Of a stretch of 64,000 nt of DNA, positions 36,599-46,012 are shown piece after piece. Source of the DNA: a phage. The translations under genes and the position numbers were made by a program. Under the pieces are notes generated by a model. It saw only the letters and a program-made list of their open reading frames with translations, was not told the origin of the DNA and did no database searches. The stretch lies in the sequence record PZ534534.1; one strand, 5' to 3'. Position 1 is the first letter of the stretch. Each line of letters starts with the position of its first letter.

Positions 36599-38089
36599 GT
36601 GGCTAAGTATGGATTGACAGAGGCTGGTTTCGTTATACCAACCCTAAATGACCTAATCGTTGAAACTAAGCAAAGCCTGATCCGTGCTTTTGGCGAAAAC
36701 TTCAACGTACAGAGTAACTCCGTTGCAGATAAGCTGACCACTATCTTCAACGAGCGAGAGTATCAACTTATTCTTATGGCAGCATCTGTATACGCATCAC
36801 AGACGCTGTATGGGGCAGAAGGTATTTACCTAGATGAGCTTCTTGGAAGACAAGGTATTTACCGAAGAGGCCGTTCTAAATCATCAGGTACCTGCCAGTT
36901 GACAATCAACACAACTGTGCCGTACAATATGATTTATGATTCCAAAACTTATACGCTGGACAGTGGCAACTTTGTTCTTAGCAACGATGTGCAAGTAGCA
37001 GGGAATCTTATTGCTCACAGAATAAATGCCCCAGACCTAAGGATTGGTAAATACAACTTTCAAATTACCAACCAGACAGATGGAAGTATCAAAACAAAAA
37101 GTCTGGTTTTAACAGATAAGTCTCTGGACTCTTCTGATCTGCCAAGCTTTTACGGAGAGATTAAGCAGTTCATTGTCGATAATACAACCCTGTTGAACGA
37201 CGATTTGATTCAGATAGATATGTTGACAGGAACGTTGTGGATAGGGTACAATTCGAATCTTGATCAAGTTGGACTTAATAGTAGAGTAGATTTCAGAGTA
37301 TCCCCGATTGTAGGGGAAAGAACTATCACACTGGATGTTATCGCTAACGAGGCGGGTGAGTTGTCAAGAGAGGCAGAAACCGTGACAACAATGTCACCTA
37401 CTCCCAGTGGATTTATCAAGCTTACCAACCGAGAAAGATTCAATGAGGGCAGGGATGTTGAGAAAGACTCAGAGTATCGCTTAAGAGCTTCCAGCACAAA
37501 ACAGTTAACATCTAAGGCTACCCGTCCTGCAATCCTTAGCGCTGTAAGCGAGGTGAAAGGTGTTGAGAAAGTGAGAGTGTTCTCCAATAACACCGATAAA
37601 ACTGATGCTAAAGGTATACCCCCTTACAAGTTCCAAGTGGTTGTGTTTGGTGGTGCAACGGAAGACATTTGCCAAGCACTTTACCAAACTATAGCCTGTA
37701 CGAACAGGACTTATGGTAATATTTTCTACGATGTCACTACATCTGACGGTCAAACTGAAAGAATTTATTACTCCAAGGCAAACACCTACCGCCTAGATGT
37801 AAGAATTACCTACTCCGGTGCTGCGCTTTCTACAACCGAAAAAGATGCCATTATAGAGGCTCTTTTGCAGGTTGTTAACGGACTGGATGTTGCAGATACG
37901 TTGTATAATATCCAATTGGTAGGTGCTGCATCTGCTGCTGTGTCAATAGGCAGATTTAATAGGCTGGTAATTCAAGTTAAATCCGTAGGAGCTTCTGATG
38001 AAGCTTACACTACAAACGATATTGTTGCGAACATGACCGAGGTGTTTGACCTCGACGAAAGTAATATAACTTTCCAACAAACTATTTAA
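36599..38089 (+). CDS. baseplate J-like protein (Mu gp47 / P2 gpJ family, putative)
   Basis: 496 aa; N-terminal block ...LYGAEGIYLDELLGRQGIYRRGRSKSSG... resembles the conserved baseplate-J signature; GTG start with GGAGGAG RBS. Confidence 0.6.
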   Translation: MAKYGLTEAGFVIPTLNDLIVETKQSLIRAFGENFNVQSNSVADKLTTIFNEREYQLILMAASVYASQTLYGAEGIYLDELLGRQGIYRRGRSKSSGTCQLTINTTVPYNMIYDSKTYTLDSGNFVLSNDVQVAGNLIAHRINAPDLRIGKYNFQITNQTDGSIKTKSLVLTDKSLDSSDLPSFYGEIKQFIVDNTTLLNDDLIQIDMLTGTLWIGYNSNLDQVGLNSRVDFRVSPIVGERTITLDVIANEAGELSREAETVTTMSPTPSGFIKLTNRERFNEGRDVEKDSEYRLRASSTKQLTSKATRPAILSAVSEVKGVEKVRVFSNNTDKTDAKGIPPYKFQVVVFGGATEDICQALYQTIACTNRTYGNIFYDVTTSDGQTERIYYSKANTYRLDVRITYSGAALSTTEKDAIIEALLQVVNGLDVADTLYNIQLVGAASAAVSIGRFNRLVIQVKSVGASDEAYTTNDIVANMTEVFDLDESNITFQQTI

Positions 38090-38100
38090 GGCGGCGAGAT

Positions 38101-38787
38101 ATGGCAGAGATTAAGTCGGATGTTAACCACATCCACACTCTGCCAGATTTTGTTCAGGGAGGTCTTGACTACCTGCCTGGAGATTTTCTGGCTGAGAAGG
38201 TTAATTTAGTCACATTCTTAACCGTATACCTTAAAAGGTTGGAGGATGTTGATAAGATGCTGGTAGGTTTGGCTGAAGGAAGATTGCTTAACAATGCCAG
38301 CGGAAGATACCTTGACGAAGTTGGTAATCAACTTGGTATTCTTAGGAATGGACTTTCAGATGCTGATTTTCGTGCCACACTAATTATTCAGCAGGCCGCA
38401 GCATCAAGGGGCGGGACTCGCGAAGATGTCATCTCCACCTTGCGACAATTGTTCGGAAGAGACAATTTCGATACGTGGAAAGGAGACAACTTCAGGTTTG
38501 ACATAAATATTAGAAAAACTTGCTTTGACATATTGCAGTCTATCGATCAGATCTTAGATATGCTACCATTACCTTGTCATTTGCGTCTTACAGAATCGCA
38601 AGGGCAAGCTTTTGGTTTTGAAGGGGACTCTACAGCTCTTGGCTTCGGATCAGTGTGGGAAGAAAACCAATTCGGAGTTGGTGGGCTGGCTACTTTGCTG
38701 TATGTTCCTGACGTAAGACCTGATTGGGACACCACAACCATTTATTGTGAAAGTATTACAGTAAACGCAACTAGACAGGAGGGTTAA
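38101..38787 (+). CDS. baseplate wedge protein (P2 gpI / Mu gp48-like, putative)
   Basis: 228 aa immediately after baseplate J-like gene, conserved gene order. Confidence 0.45.
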   Translation: MAEIKSDVNHIHTLPDFVQGGLDYLPGDFLAEKVNLVTFLTVYLKRLEDVDKMLVGLAEGRLLNNASGRYLDEVGNQLGILRNGLSDADFRATLIIQQAAASRGGTREDVISTLRQLFGRDNFDTWKGDNFRFDINIRKTCFDILQSIDQILDMLPLPCHLRLTESQGQAFGFEGDSTALGFGSVWEENQFGVGGLATLLYVPDVRPDWDTTTIYCESITVNATRQEG

Positions 38788-40859
38788 TGGCAACAGCTAT
38801 TTTTAAACCTTACCGTGATTACTCTACAATGGCTGCACGGTTTCATTACCGCACAGTTCAGGATACTGCCGTTCCTGGTAGGGATTATAATCATGTTGAG
38901 GGTGATGTAACTATCCCAATTGGGGCAACCAGTATTGAGATCCCAGTGGAAATTGTTGACAAATTACCCAACAGGTTGCCAAGAAGCTTCTTTATGGAGT
39001 TTTCATCAAAATCTCAAGGGGTGATGATTGGAACACAAAGGGCGAAATGTACAATAGTTTCAGATGAGAATCTTGACAGGATATCTTGGGATACTGTTGA
39101 GGAGAGAATGTTTCACCCAAGGTATTGGGTTACAACTACTCAGCAGACTGAAAGTACCTGTATTGTTGCAGATAACAACTGTTGTATTAACCGTTTAGTG
39201 TCAAGAACATATGGAGGTATGGCTGGGTGCATTTGGGAAACAGTTGACAAGTATGACCATTTCGGTATTGGGTTTGATGATCACTATGAGATGAGAAACA
39301 CCAAGCTTTGGTTCAGAATGTCAATAACCAATGCCAGCAACTTCTCCACCCCTGAAAAGATGATTATGACTGTAGACCTTGTTGATGGCACAATCATCTA
39401 TGTTCCTTTAGCTCAATATGCTGTCAGCATCTCAGAGGATAAGAATGTTGCAGAGATTCATATTGATTTCGAGGACTGCGTCGGGATGGATCAGAACAAC
39501 AACATGATGGGTGTTGATCCTCGACAGGTGAGAAGGATTTTAATACCGCTTATGCCTAAAGACTGGGTAAGTAATAGCACAGACCCGAGAACGGAAAATG
39601 TAGAGTGTGAGTTGCGCCTAGATCTGCTCCAGCCAGACACAGGCTGGAAAATGATGCAACTTAACAATATTCAGGTTAAAGAGCACGACGTTGGGATCTG
39701 CACCGCATATGACGATATGTGGAACGTATCTCCTTTAAGGGTGTTGAACAATATCAAGCGTCTGGGCTATACCGGAACCATAAACCATTATGTTGGTATG
39801 AGTCATTATTATGACTACACATGGTCAGGAACCCAATGGTCTATAAACAGAACAGGGGCGCTAAACGCTGCAGCTTATAAATGGCATGATGATTTTATGT
39901 ACAATGCCAAACGACATAACTTCGACGTTATGCAATCTGTAAGTTTTGAGCTTTTCAGCGATGCCTGCCCGTTGGAATGGACCCAAAGAGACTGGAACGA
40001 TAACTACGCTAAAACAGGGTATACACCCTGTAGCTACCTCCTGTCTCCAACCATTGAAGAGGGTATGAATTTCCTTACTGCAGTATTTAAGAATTTTGCA
40101 TCAGCCGCTATGAGAAACAACCTGCCAGTGATTATGCAGGTTGGTGAACCGTGGTGGTGGTACAATACCGATACTCGTAGACCTTGTATTTATGATTACC
40201 CTACAAAGCAGGCGTTTTATGATGAGACAGGTGAGTATGCATTAGATATTGGGACTATTGACGATCCTAAAACTGGCGGTGTTTACGACAAGTATGTAGC
40301 ATTTTGTCGTGGTAAGCTTGGCGCTCGTATTGCGGCCATTTCAAAGGCAATAAAGGCACACGCTGCATCAGCTCAGATGACAGCTCTGCTGTTTTTCCCA
40401 ACCATTATGGAAACAGAGCTTACGCAAAAGCTGAACCTTGCTGACCAATATAAAAAAGAAGCAGGTGCTCTTGATTTCTTCTGCACCGAGTGCTACGATT
40501 GGGTGATGCAGGGAGGTATTGAAAAGGCAAAAGAGTCTGTAAACATACCTATCGTTAAGTTAGGTTGGCAACCGTCTGAAATACAATACCTTGCAGGGTT
40601 CGTTCCTAGTAAAGAGCTTGCTCCGGTATATGGCTACGACCCAACCAGGAATTACCAAGAATTTTTATGGAGATGTATCTGCGGAAACATGGCAACCATA
40701 GAGTATAGATACCCTGAGGTAAAACAGTATGTGTGGGCATACCCGCAAGTAATGTCTGACAGCATCACTGTTACAGCCAGAGATTCTACCGTGCTTCATA
40801 TGGGGCAGGTTGCTCTGAAAGGGTATGTAGAAGATGTTGTCCCTCCAGACTTCTCATAA
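38787..40859 (+). CDS. tail fibre/spike protein with N-terminal Calx-beta-like domain and putative glycosidase-like C-terminal domain
   Basis: N-terminal pattern DYNHVEGDVTIPIGATSIEIPVEIVDKLPN resembles Calx-beta; Trp-rich C-terminal region (QVGEPWWWYNTD). Confidence 0.4.
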   Translation: MATAIFKPYRDYSTMAARFHYRTVQDTAVPGRDYNHVEGDVTIPIGATSIEIPVEIVDKLPNRLPRSFFMEFSSKSQGVMIGTQRAKCTIVSDENLDRISWDTVEERMFHPRYWVTTTQQTESTCIVADNNCCINRLVSRTYGGMAGCIWETVDKYDHFGIGFDDHYEMRNTKLWFRMSITNASNFSTPEKMIMTVDLVDGTIIYVPLAQYAVSISEDKNVAEIHIDFEDCVGMDQNNNMMGVDPRQVRRILIPLMPKDWVSNSTDPRTENVECELRLDLLQPDTGWKMMQLNNIQVKEHDVGICTAYDDMWNVSPLRVLNNIKRLGYTGTINHYVGMSHYYDYTWSGTQWSINRTGALNAAAYKWHDDFMYNAKRHNFDVMQSVSFELFSDACPLEWTQRDWNDNYAKTGYTPCSYLLSPTIEEGMNFLTAVFKNFASAAMRNNLPVIMQVGEPWWWYNTDTRRPCIYDYPTKQAFYDETGEYALDIGTIDDPKTGGVYDKYVAFCRGKLGARIAAISKAIKAHAASAQMTALLFFPTIMETELTQKLNLADQYKKEAGALDFFCTECYDWVMQGGIEKAKESVNIPIVKLGWQPSEIQYLAGFVPSKELAPVYGYDPTRNYQEFLWRCICGNMATIEYRYPEVKQYVWAYPQVMSDSITVTARDSTVLHMGQVALKGYVEDVVPPDFS

Positions 40860-40871
40860 TCAGGAGATAAA

Positions 40872-41912
40872 ATGTCAAAACCTAGTTTTCCATTAGAGAT
40901 TTGGGCAGAGGAGGATCAGGTTCTGCCTAACACCCACAGACAGAACAGGCTACGCCCGATTGATGATTTGTGGAGAAAAGGTTGGGATCTTGGTCAAAAG
41001 CCATCCTGTGAAGAACTTAACTATATTTTCAATATGCTCGGAACTTGGGCAAAATACATTGCTGACGAGCAGATCCCCGCTCAAGAAGGCCGTTATCTGG
41101 TACGTGATAATAACTTGAGCGATCTTTTGAACATCCCTGTTGCCCGTAGAAACCTTGGGATTATCACTAAGGAAGAGGCAGACGCCAGGTATGTAAAAGT
41201 TACAGGTGATACAATGACAGGCCCCTTGGGGTTGCAACGTATCAACTTTAAAGCTGCCGAGACAGATAAGGCTTGGATAGAGACAACTATTGGCCCAGAT
41301 AAGACAACTCTCGACTTTGGGTTAAGTGATAATACCGGGTCGTTTGATGATGGTGGTACATCTACAGTAGATGCGTTTCGTTGGAGATTCCAGCCAACTC
41401 AGCCGGATATTAATCCAGAGTTCACTTTGATGTACCTTAACGCGATCACGGCTAATCGTGCGCTGTTGAAAGTGGTAGGCAATGTTGAAGTTGTCGATAA
41501 CATGAGGTGCAATAACCTTACTATCAGCAATACAGCAACATTCACCAACTGTAATGTGGCTAGTCAGTTGACGGCTGGGTCAGTATATGTTAATGGTGGT
41601 GCAAGTTGTGACAGTATGGTTGTAAGAAGCCAGCACTGTGTTGTCGGTAACAGAAATGTGGTGCGCTCCGTGAATGGAGTGACGGCTAACGGTAACGGTG
41701 ATGTAACGATCACTATCCCGCAGACAGGTGTGCAAGACATCAGAATCGGTGCAAGACTTGTGGACGGCGTTTCTGAATCTCCAATCCGCAACGGCTACGT
41801 TGTCACAGGCTGGCATTTCGGTGACAAAAAAGAGATGCGTGGTTCAACCTACTGGGCAGGACCTTTACAAAAACTTGTAAATGGTCAATGGATCACTGTT
41901 AATTATGCATAG
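40872..41912 (+). CDS. tail fibre protein (paralogue A)
   Basis: 346 aa; paralogous to 42927..43970 (same N-terminal PLEIWA.EDQVL and C-terminal QKLVNGQWIT..YA ends); followed by a Tfa chaperone gene. Confidence 0.6.
   Translation: MSKPSFPLEIWAEEDQVLPNTHRQNRLRPIDDLWRKGWDLGQKPSCEELNYIFNMLGTWAKYIADEQIPAQEGRYLVRDNNLSDLLNIPVARRNLGIITKEEADARYVKVTGDTMTGPLGLQRINFKAAETDKAWIETTIGPDKTTLDFGLSDNTGSFDDGGTSTVDAFRWRFQPTQPDINPEFTLMYLNAITANRALLKVVGNVEVVDNMRCNNLTISNTATFTNCNVASQLTAGSVYVNGGASCDSMVVRSQHCVVGNRNVVRSVNGVTANGNGDVTITIPQTGVQDIRIGARLVDGVSESPIRNGYVVTGWHFGDKKEMRGSTYWAGPLQKLVNGQWITVNYA
41868..41897 (+). repeat. 30-bp direct repeat copy 1 (3' end of fibre paralogue A)
   Basis: CAAAAACTTGTAAATGGTCAATGGATCACT identical to 43926..43955. 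Confidence 0.9.
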
Positions 41913-41926
41913 ATCGGAGGACTAGC

Positions 41927-42511
41927 ATGAAAATACTTCAAGAGTTTAAACTTTACCAACCGGGATCTGGCGAATACTACTCCAACAAGGAAACCAAGGA
42001 GCTGACCCCTCAAGAGGTCGAGGATTACACCGCATACACTGGGTATTTTTTACGTAATGATGATGGTGATTGGTATGTGCAGTCACGAACATTACGACAA
42101 GAAAATCCAGGGTGTATCTTCCTACTTGTTGACGAGAAGGGAATTCTTAAGACATCTACAGAAGAACCTGATGCCTTATGGCCTGCTCCAGGTCTTCGTG
42201 TGGTTATCGCCAAAAAAGAAGAGGTACCAGAAAACATTATGCTTCACCACGACGCTTTGCGTTTAGTTGGTGATGAATTTGTCACAGACAATGAATTCTT
42301 TGTTCAACAGGCAGAGGGTGTCATAGAGACAGAACTTGCTTGGGCTACTGCTAGAATTGGTGCCTATCAAGACATGATTGACCTTGAATATGATCTTACT
42401 GATGACCAGAAACGTAACATCAGAGATTTGAAAATGTACAGGGTAAAACTTCTTGAAATAGATACATCTAAAGCCCCTGACATTTTCTTCCCGGAGCGAC
42501 CTACCCTCTAA
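41927..42511 (+). CDS. tail fibre assembly protein (Tfa chaperone)
   Basis: C-terminal block DQKRNIRDLKMYRVKLLEIDTSKAPDIFFPERP matches the conserved Tfa C-terminal signature (W..YR..L..vD.s.AP.I.WP..P). Confidence 0.7.
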   Translation: MKILQEFKLYQPGSGEYYSNKETKELTPQEVEDYTAYTGYFLRNDDGDWYVQSRTLRQENPGCIFLLVDEKGILKTSTEEPDALWPAPGLRVVIAKKEEVPENIMLHHDALRLVGDEFVTDNEFFVQQAEGVIETELAWATARIGAYQDMIDLEYDLTDDQKRNIRDLKMYRVKLLEIDTSKAPDIFFPERPTL

Positions 42512-42522
42512 GAGGAGGTGTT

Positions 42523-42837
42523 GTGGAGTTGGATTTGGCGGCATTGTACGGTATCTGCATGGGTACCGTTGTCCCGATCTGTGTATGGGCTTTCAACCAG
42601 TGGCACACCAAATGGAAAGGCATTTCCAAGAGGTTGGATGAGCTGGAGAAAGACCTCATCTTAGTGAAAAACAGTATGGTTACAAAAGATAGACTTGATT
42701 CCGTTATCGAGACTCGGTTAAGCAAGCTAGAGGCCGATATTAACGACCTTAAGCAGGATGTCAGGACAGATGTCTCCGGCATCCGAGCTGATGTACAAAA
42801 GATTTTGCACATGCTCGTAGAGCATAGTAAAAGGTAA
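42523..42837 (+). CDS. small membrane protein (single TM helix plus coiled coil) embedded in the fibre locus
   Basis: GTG start with AAGAGGAGG RBS; TM segment LAALYGICMGTVVPICVWAF; own terminator downstream. Confidence 0.5.
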   Translation: MELDLAALYGICMGTVVPICVWAFNQWHTKWKGISKRLDELEKDLILVKNSMVTKDRLDSVIETRLSKLEADINDLKQDVRTDVSGIRADVQKILHMLVEHSKR

Positions 42838-42846
42838 ACAAAGGTC

Positions 42847-42880
42847 AGAACGGAAAGGACTCCGTTCTTGCATTTTGTTC
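42847..42880 (+). terminator. rho-independent terminator
   Basis: Hairpin AGAACGGAaaggacTCCGTTCT followed by TGCATTTTGTTC. Confidence 0.55.
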
Positions 42881-42896
42881 TCTAAAGTGTTAAAAT
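42868..42896 (+). promoter_or_regulatory. sigma70-like promoter (TTGCAT-17-TAAAAT) for the second fibre cassette
   Basis: Hexamers with 17-nt spacer; overlaps the terminator tail. Confidence 0.45.
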
Positions 42897-42926
42897 AGTC
42901 CTAAGGAATTTTCTCAGGAGAACGTG

Positions 42927-43970
42927 ATGACTAAACCAGTTATCCCTCTTGATATTTGGGCCAATCAGGATGTTGTGCTTGAAAATACGGGAGAGTTGAA
43001 TAAATCTCAACCAAAAAAAGAAGAGAGATTGAAAGGTTGGGATATGACACAAAGAATGGCATGTGAAGTTGTTAACTTTGAACTTCACATGCTTTCTGCG
43101 TGGTTGAAGCATTTAACAGAAGATGTTGTCCCAGGATGGGATAATAGATTCTTAAGGGTCACTAATAATCTAGCAGACGTTCCAGACAAAGCTGCTGCAC
43201 GTCAAGTTCTCAATGTATACTCACCTGAAGAAATGGACGATCTATATGTTGACAAGTCTGGAGACATAATGACTCAGACTCAAACTTTAGGTCTTCAAAG
43301 AATCGAGTTTGCATCTGCGTCAACAGACAGTGCGGCAATATATACCACCATAACTCCAGACAAGACGACGATGGATTTCTGGATTATGGACAACATCGGT
43401 GGTGCTGACGGCACAGACCTTGATGATCCTTCTCACCAAATAGATGGGTTCCGTTGGAGATTTCAACCTTCTGGTGGGCAGCCTGTGTTTTCAGCTATGA
43501 AGCTCAATGCTATAACTGCCAACCGTGCAAGACTGGCTATCCAAGGAAATCTTGAATGCAACGATGCAAAAAGTTCCTCTGCAAATGCCAATGCGGTCAC
43601 GATACCAAGAGCCACTGTTAATGGACAACAATCCTGCGGAAGCGCTCAAATAGGTGGAAGAGTTGATTGTAACGATGAAACCGTCAGGGGCCAATATGCA
43701 ACAGTTGGTGGAAGAAACGTGGTCCGCAGGGTAAATGGTAACGGCGCAGACAGTAGCGGTAACCTTACTATCCCTATGCCTAGCAGAGGGGTTGATGATG
43801 TAAGGATAGCAAACCGTTTTAAAACCACCTACAGAGAGTCAAGAGTCTACCCTGGACATGTGATGTGCTCTGGTAACTACGCTTATAAACACCCTTATCA
43901 AGGTGATTACTGGACAGGTGCTATCCAAAAACTTGTAAATGGTCAATGGATCACTATATCTTATGCTTAA
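42927..43970 (+). CDS. tail fibre protein (paralogue B)
   Basis: 348 aa; ATG at 42927 with AGGAGAA RBS; paralogous to 40872..41912. Confidence 0.6.
   Translation: MTKPVIPLDIWANQDVVLENTGELNKSQPKKEERLKGWDMTQRMACEVVNFELHMLSAWLKHLTEDVVPGWDNRFLRVTNNLADVPDKAAARQVLNVYSPEEMDDLYVDKSGDIMTQTQTLGLQRIEFASASTDSAAIYTTITPDKTTMDFWIMDNIGGADGTDLDDPSHQIDGFRWRFQPSGGQPVFSAMKLNAITANRARLAIQGNLECNDAKSSSANANAVTIPRATVNGQQSCGSAQIGGRVDCNDETVRGQYATVGGRNVVRRVNGNGADSSGNLTIPMPSRGVDDVRIANRFKTTYRESRVYPGHVMCSGNYAYKHPYQGDYWTGAIQKLVNGQWITISYA
43926..43955 (+). repeat. 30-bp direct repeat copy 2 (3' end of fibre paralogue B)
   Basis: Identical to 41868..41897. Confidence 0.9.
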
Positions 43971-43981
43971 AAAGAGGGTAA

Positions 43982-44248
43982 ATGAAACTAACTCAGTTTT
44001 TATGGGGACTGGTTGCGGCATCTGATGACCCTACGAAAGTGTCCCAATCTAAGCTATGGTCGAACATAGGCATGGCGGTGATGACTGGGGGGTTTATTCA
44101 TATGGGGGATAATGATACGCTTCCTGAATGGTATGCGTGGATATACGCGCCTTCAGTAGCTTGCCCCCAGCTTATTAGCAAATTCATCTCGCTCCGGTGG
44201 GGTTGCCAGCACCCTGACCACGTTAAAAACGAAGAGCAAAAAGCTTAA
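43982..44248 (+). CDS. hypothetical small protein downstream of fibre paralogue B
   Basis: 88 aa with hydrophobic N-terminal segment; occupies the position where a fibre chaperone would be expected but lacks the Tfa signature. Confidence 0.35.
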   Translation: MKLTQFLWGLVAASDDPTKVSQSKLWSNIGMAVMTGGFIHMGDNDTLPEWYAWIYAPSVACPQLISKFISLRWGCQHPDHVKNEEQKA

Positions 44249-44257
44249 GGAGAAATC

Positions 44258-46003
44258 ATGGCGCAAGACATGACAAGCTTTGAGCAGGCGGTAGATCAAG
44301 TAATTGTTGATTCTGAACGTTTGCACCTGATTGTCAACGGTAACGCTGTGGATGAAGTTGTCGTAGAGGATGGGACCACCATCCCTACGGTACGAAAAGC
44401 CATGCTTGACACCCTTTATTTTAAAACGCCACCGATCCCTTGGGCGTATGGTGCATCCACAACAGTTTTTAACCAGCTGTACGAGTTTAAAGGGGACACA
44501 GGCCCTCAGTGGTGGTACGCTCCCGCAGCATCAAAATCTAACCCGGTTAGAATGCCAGCAGATCCTTCACAATCTCCAAACTGGAGATTATATACCGATT
44601 CTGCAGTAATGGCAAAATACTACGCAAAACTTAACAGTCCGAGGTTCGAAGGTGACCCGCGAGTACCTACGCCTCCAATGGACGACAAATCCGAGTCTAT
44701 AGCAAACACAGAGTTTGTTGTTGACTATGTGGATAGCATATTTGAAGCCATGGAGGGAATGAAAGTTACTGTAGGATCTTTGGTGGTAAAAGGTCTTACA
44801 GAACTTGCTAACACTATAGTTGGTGGCACACTCACCTTACATGGGCCTGTTAATGGAGCAGATTCTACTGCACGCTTCAGGAACCTAATCCTCACGGCAA
44901 ATACTTCTACACTTACTTTTGCGTGGAGTGATCCTAAGCATGCAGACTGGAGAAGCACAGAGCTGCAACCTCATGAAGTGTCCACCCACAGGGTTATAGC
45001 TGACACTATAACTTCTGGGAAACCAGTGGCTAATAATAACGATGTGCATTTTGATGGTCTAGGTAATAACTTTTTTGACTACGTGTACATTCGTGGTAAT
45101 GCCATGAAGGCAGCAACCGAACCGACATTGCAGGTAGATGGAACCACCAGGGTTAAGAACCTTGAGGTGACAGGCACTGTTACAGGGATAACCTACTCTG
45201 TCGATGGCACCATGATTTACCCTAGCTATATTGAAAGCACGGGGGACGCATTAATAAATGGTGATTTAGAAGTTGGCGGATCTGTAGTTATTCGAGGTAC
45301 AGCCTCTATCCAAAACATAGCTCTGAATACCCTAAGAGTCAATGAGCGTGCAACTTTTGAAGGGGAAGGGCTTACAGCCAACAAAGGTGTAATTACCGAG
45401 CTGACAACCACTACTTTAACTGCAACAACTGCAAACTCTGAAAACTGCAACGTTACCAGAAACTTGCAGGTAAATGGAGATGTTAGTTTAAACGCAGCAG
45501 GGACGGGCACCACCTACCTTCACAACCTTGAAATATCCGGCACAGTGACTGGGTGGCTGCCAGACTTCTCTAATGTCAACTTTGTTTGTAATGGCATTAA
45601 CTCCAGTGGCAAGATAACCACCTCTCAAGAAATTGAGGCGGGTAAAACCATTACTGCCCCTACTTTCCACGCAGGAAAGGTAGATTTTGATTTAGAGGAG
45701 GTTGACGCGTCCAGTGGGACATGGACACCTAACGGGCAGGCCAGTATGTATGTTGTCCACGCGAAAGGGGATTTTACAATAGGACAATGGCCTGGTACAT
45801 CAGCGGAAGATAAACCTTATCCATTCACTGCGGTTATCTATGTCATTCAGGATGCTGTAGGTCACAACGTGACTTTGCACGATAAGTATGCTATCCTGTC
45901 GGCAACGCCTGTTATTAATAACAAGGCTAATAGTGTTACCTTGCTGCAATTAACATATTGTGGTGTTGGTGATATCGTAGACGTAGTAATTGCACAACGT
46001 TAA
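44258..46003 (+). CDS. tail fibre/tailspike protein
   Basis: 581 aa, Thr/Gly/Asn-rich beta-rich sequence with repeated ...TG.V.G... segments typical of fibre shafts. Confidence 0.5.
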   Translation: MAQDMTSFEQAVDQVIVDSERLHLIVNGNAVDEVVVEDGTTIPTVRKAMLDTLYFKTPPIPWAYGASTTVFNQLYEFKGDTGPQWWYAPAASKSNPVRMPADPSQSPNWRLYTDSAVMAKYYAKLNSPRFEGDPRVPTPPMDDKSESIANTEFVVDYVDSIFEAMEGMKVTVGSLVVKGLTELANTIVGGTLTLHGPVNGADSTARFRNLILTANTSTLTFAWSDPKHADWRSTELQPHEVSTHRVIADTITSGKPVANNNDVHFDGLGNNFFDYVYIRGNAMKAATEPTLQVDGTTRVKNLEVTGTVTGITYSVDGTMIYPSYIESTGDALINGDLEVGGSVVIRGTASIQNIALNTLRVNERATFEGEGLTANKGVITELTTTTLTATTANSENCNVTRNLQVNGDVSLNAAGTGTTYLHNLEISGTVTGWLPDFSNVNFVCNGINSSGKITTSQEIEAGKTITAPTFHAGKVDFDLEEVDASSGTWTPNGQASMYVVHAKGDFTIGQWPGTSAEDKPYPFTAVIYVIQDAVGHNVTLHDKYAILSATPVINNKANSVTLLQLTYCGVGDIVDVVIAQR

Positions 46004-46012
46004 TATATATCT

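Noticed and set aside
41868-43955. Diversity-generating retroelement (template/variable repeat) at the fibre C-termini
   Set aside because: The repeat is only 30 bp, fully identical with no adenine-specific differences, and no reverse transcriptase gene is present in the window.
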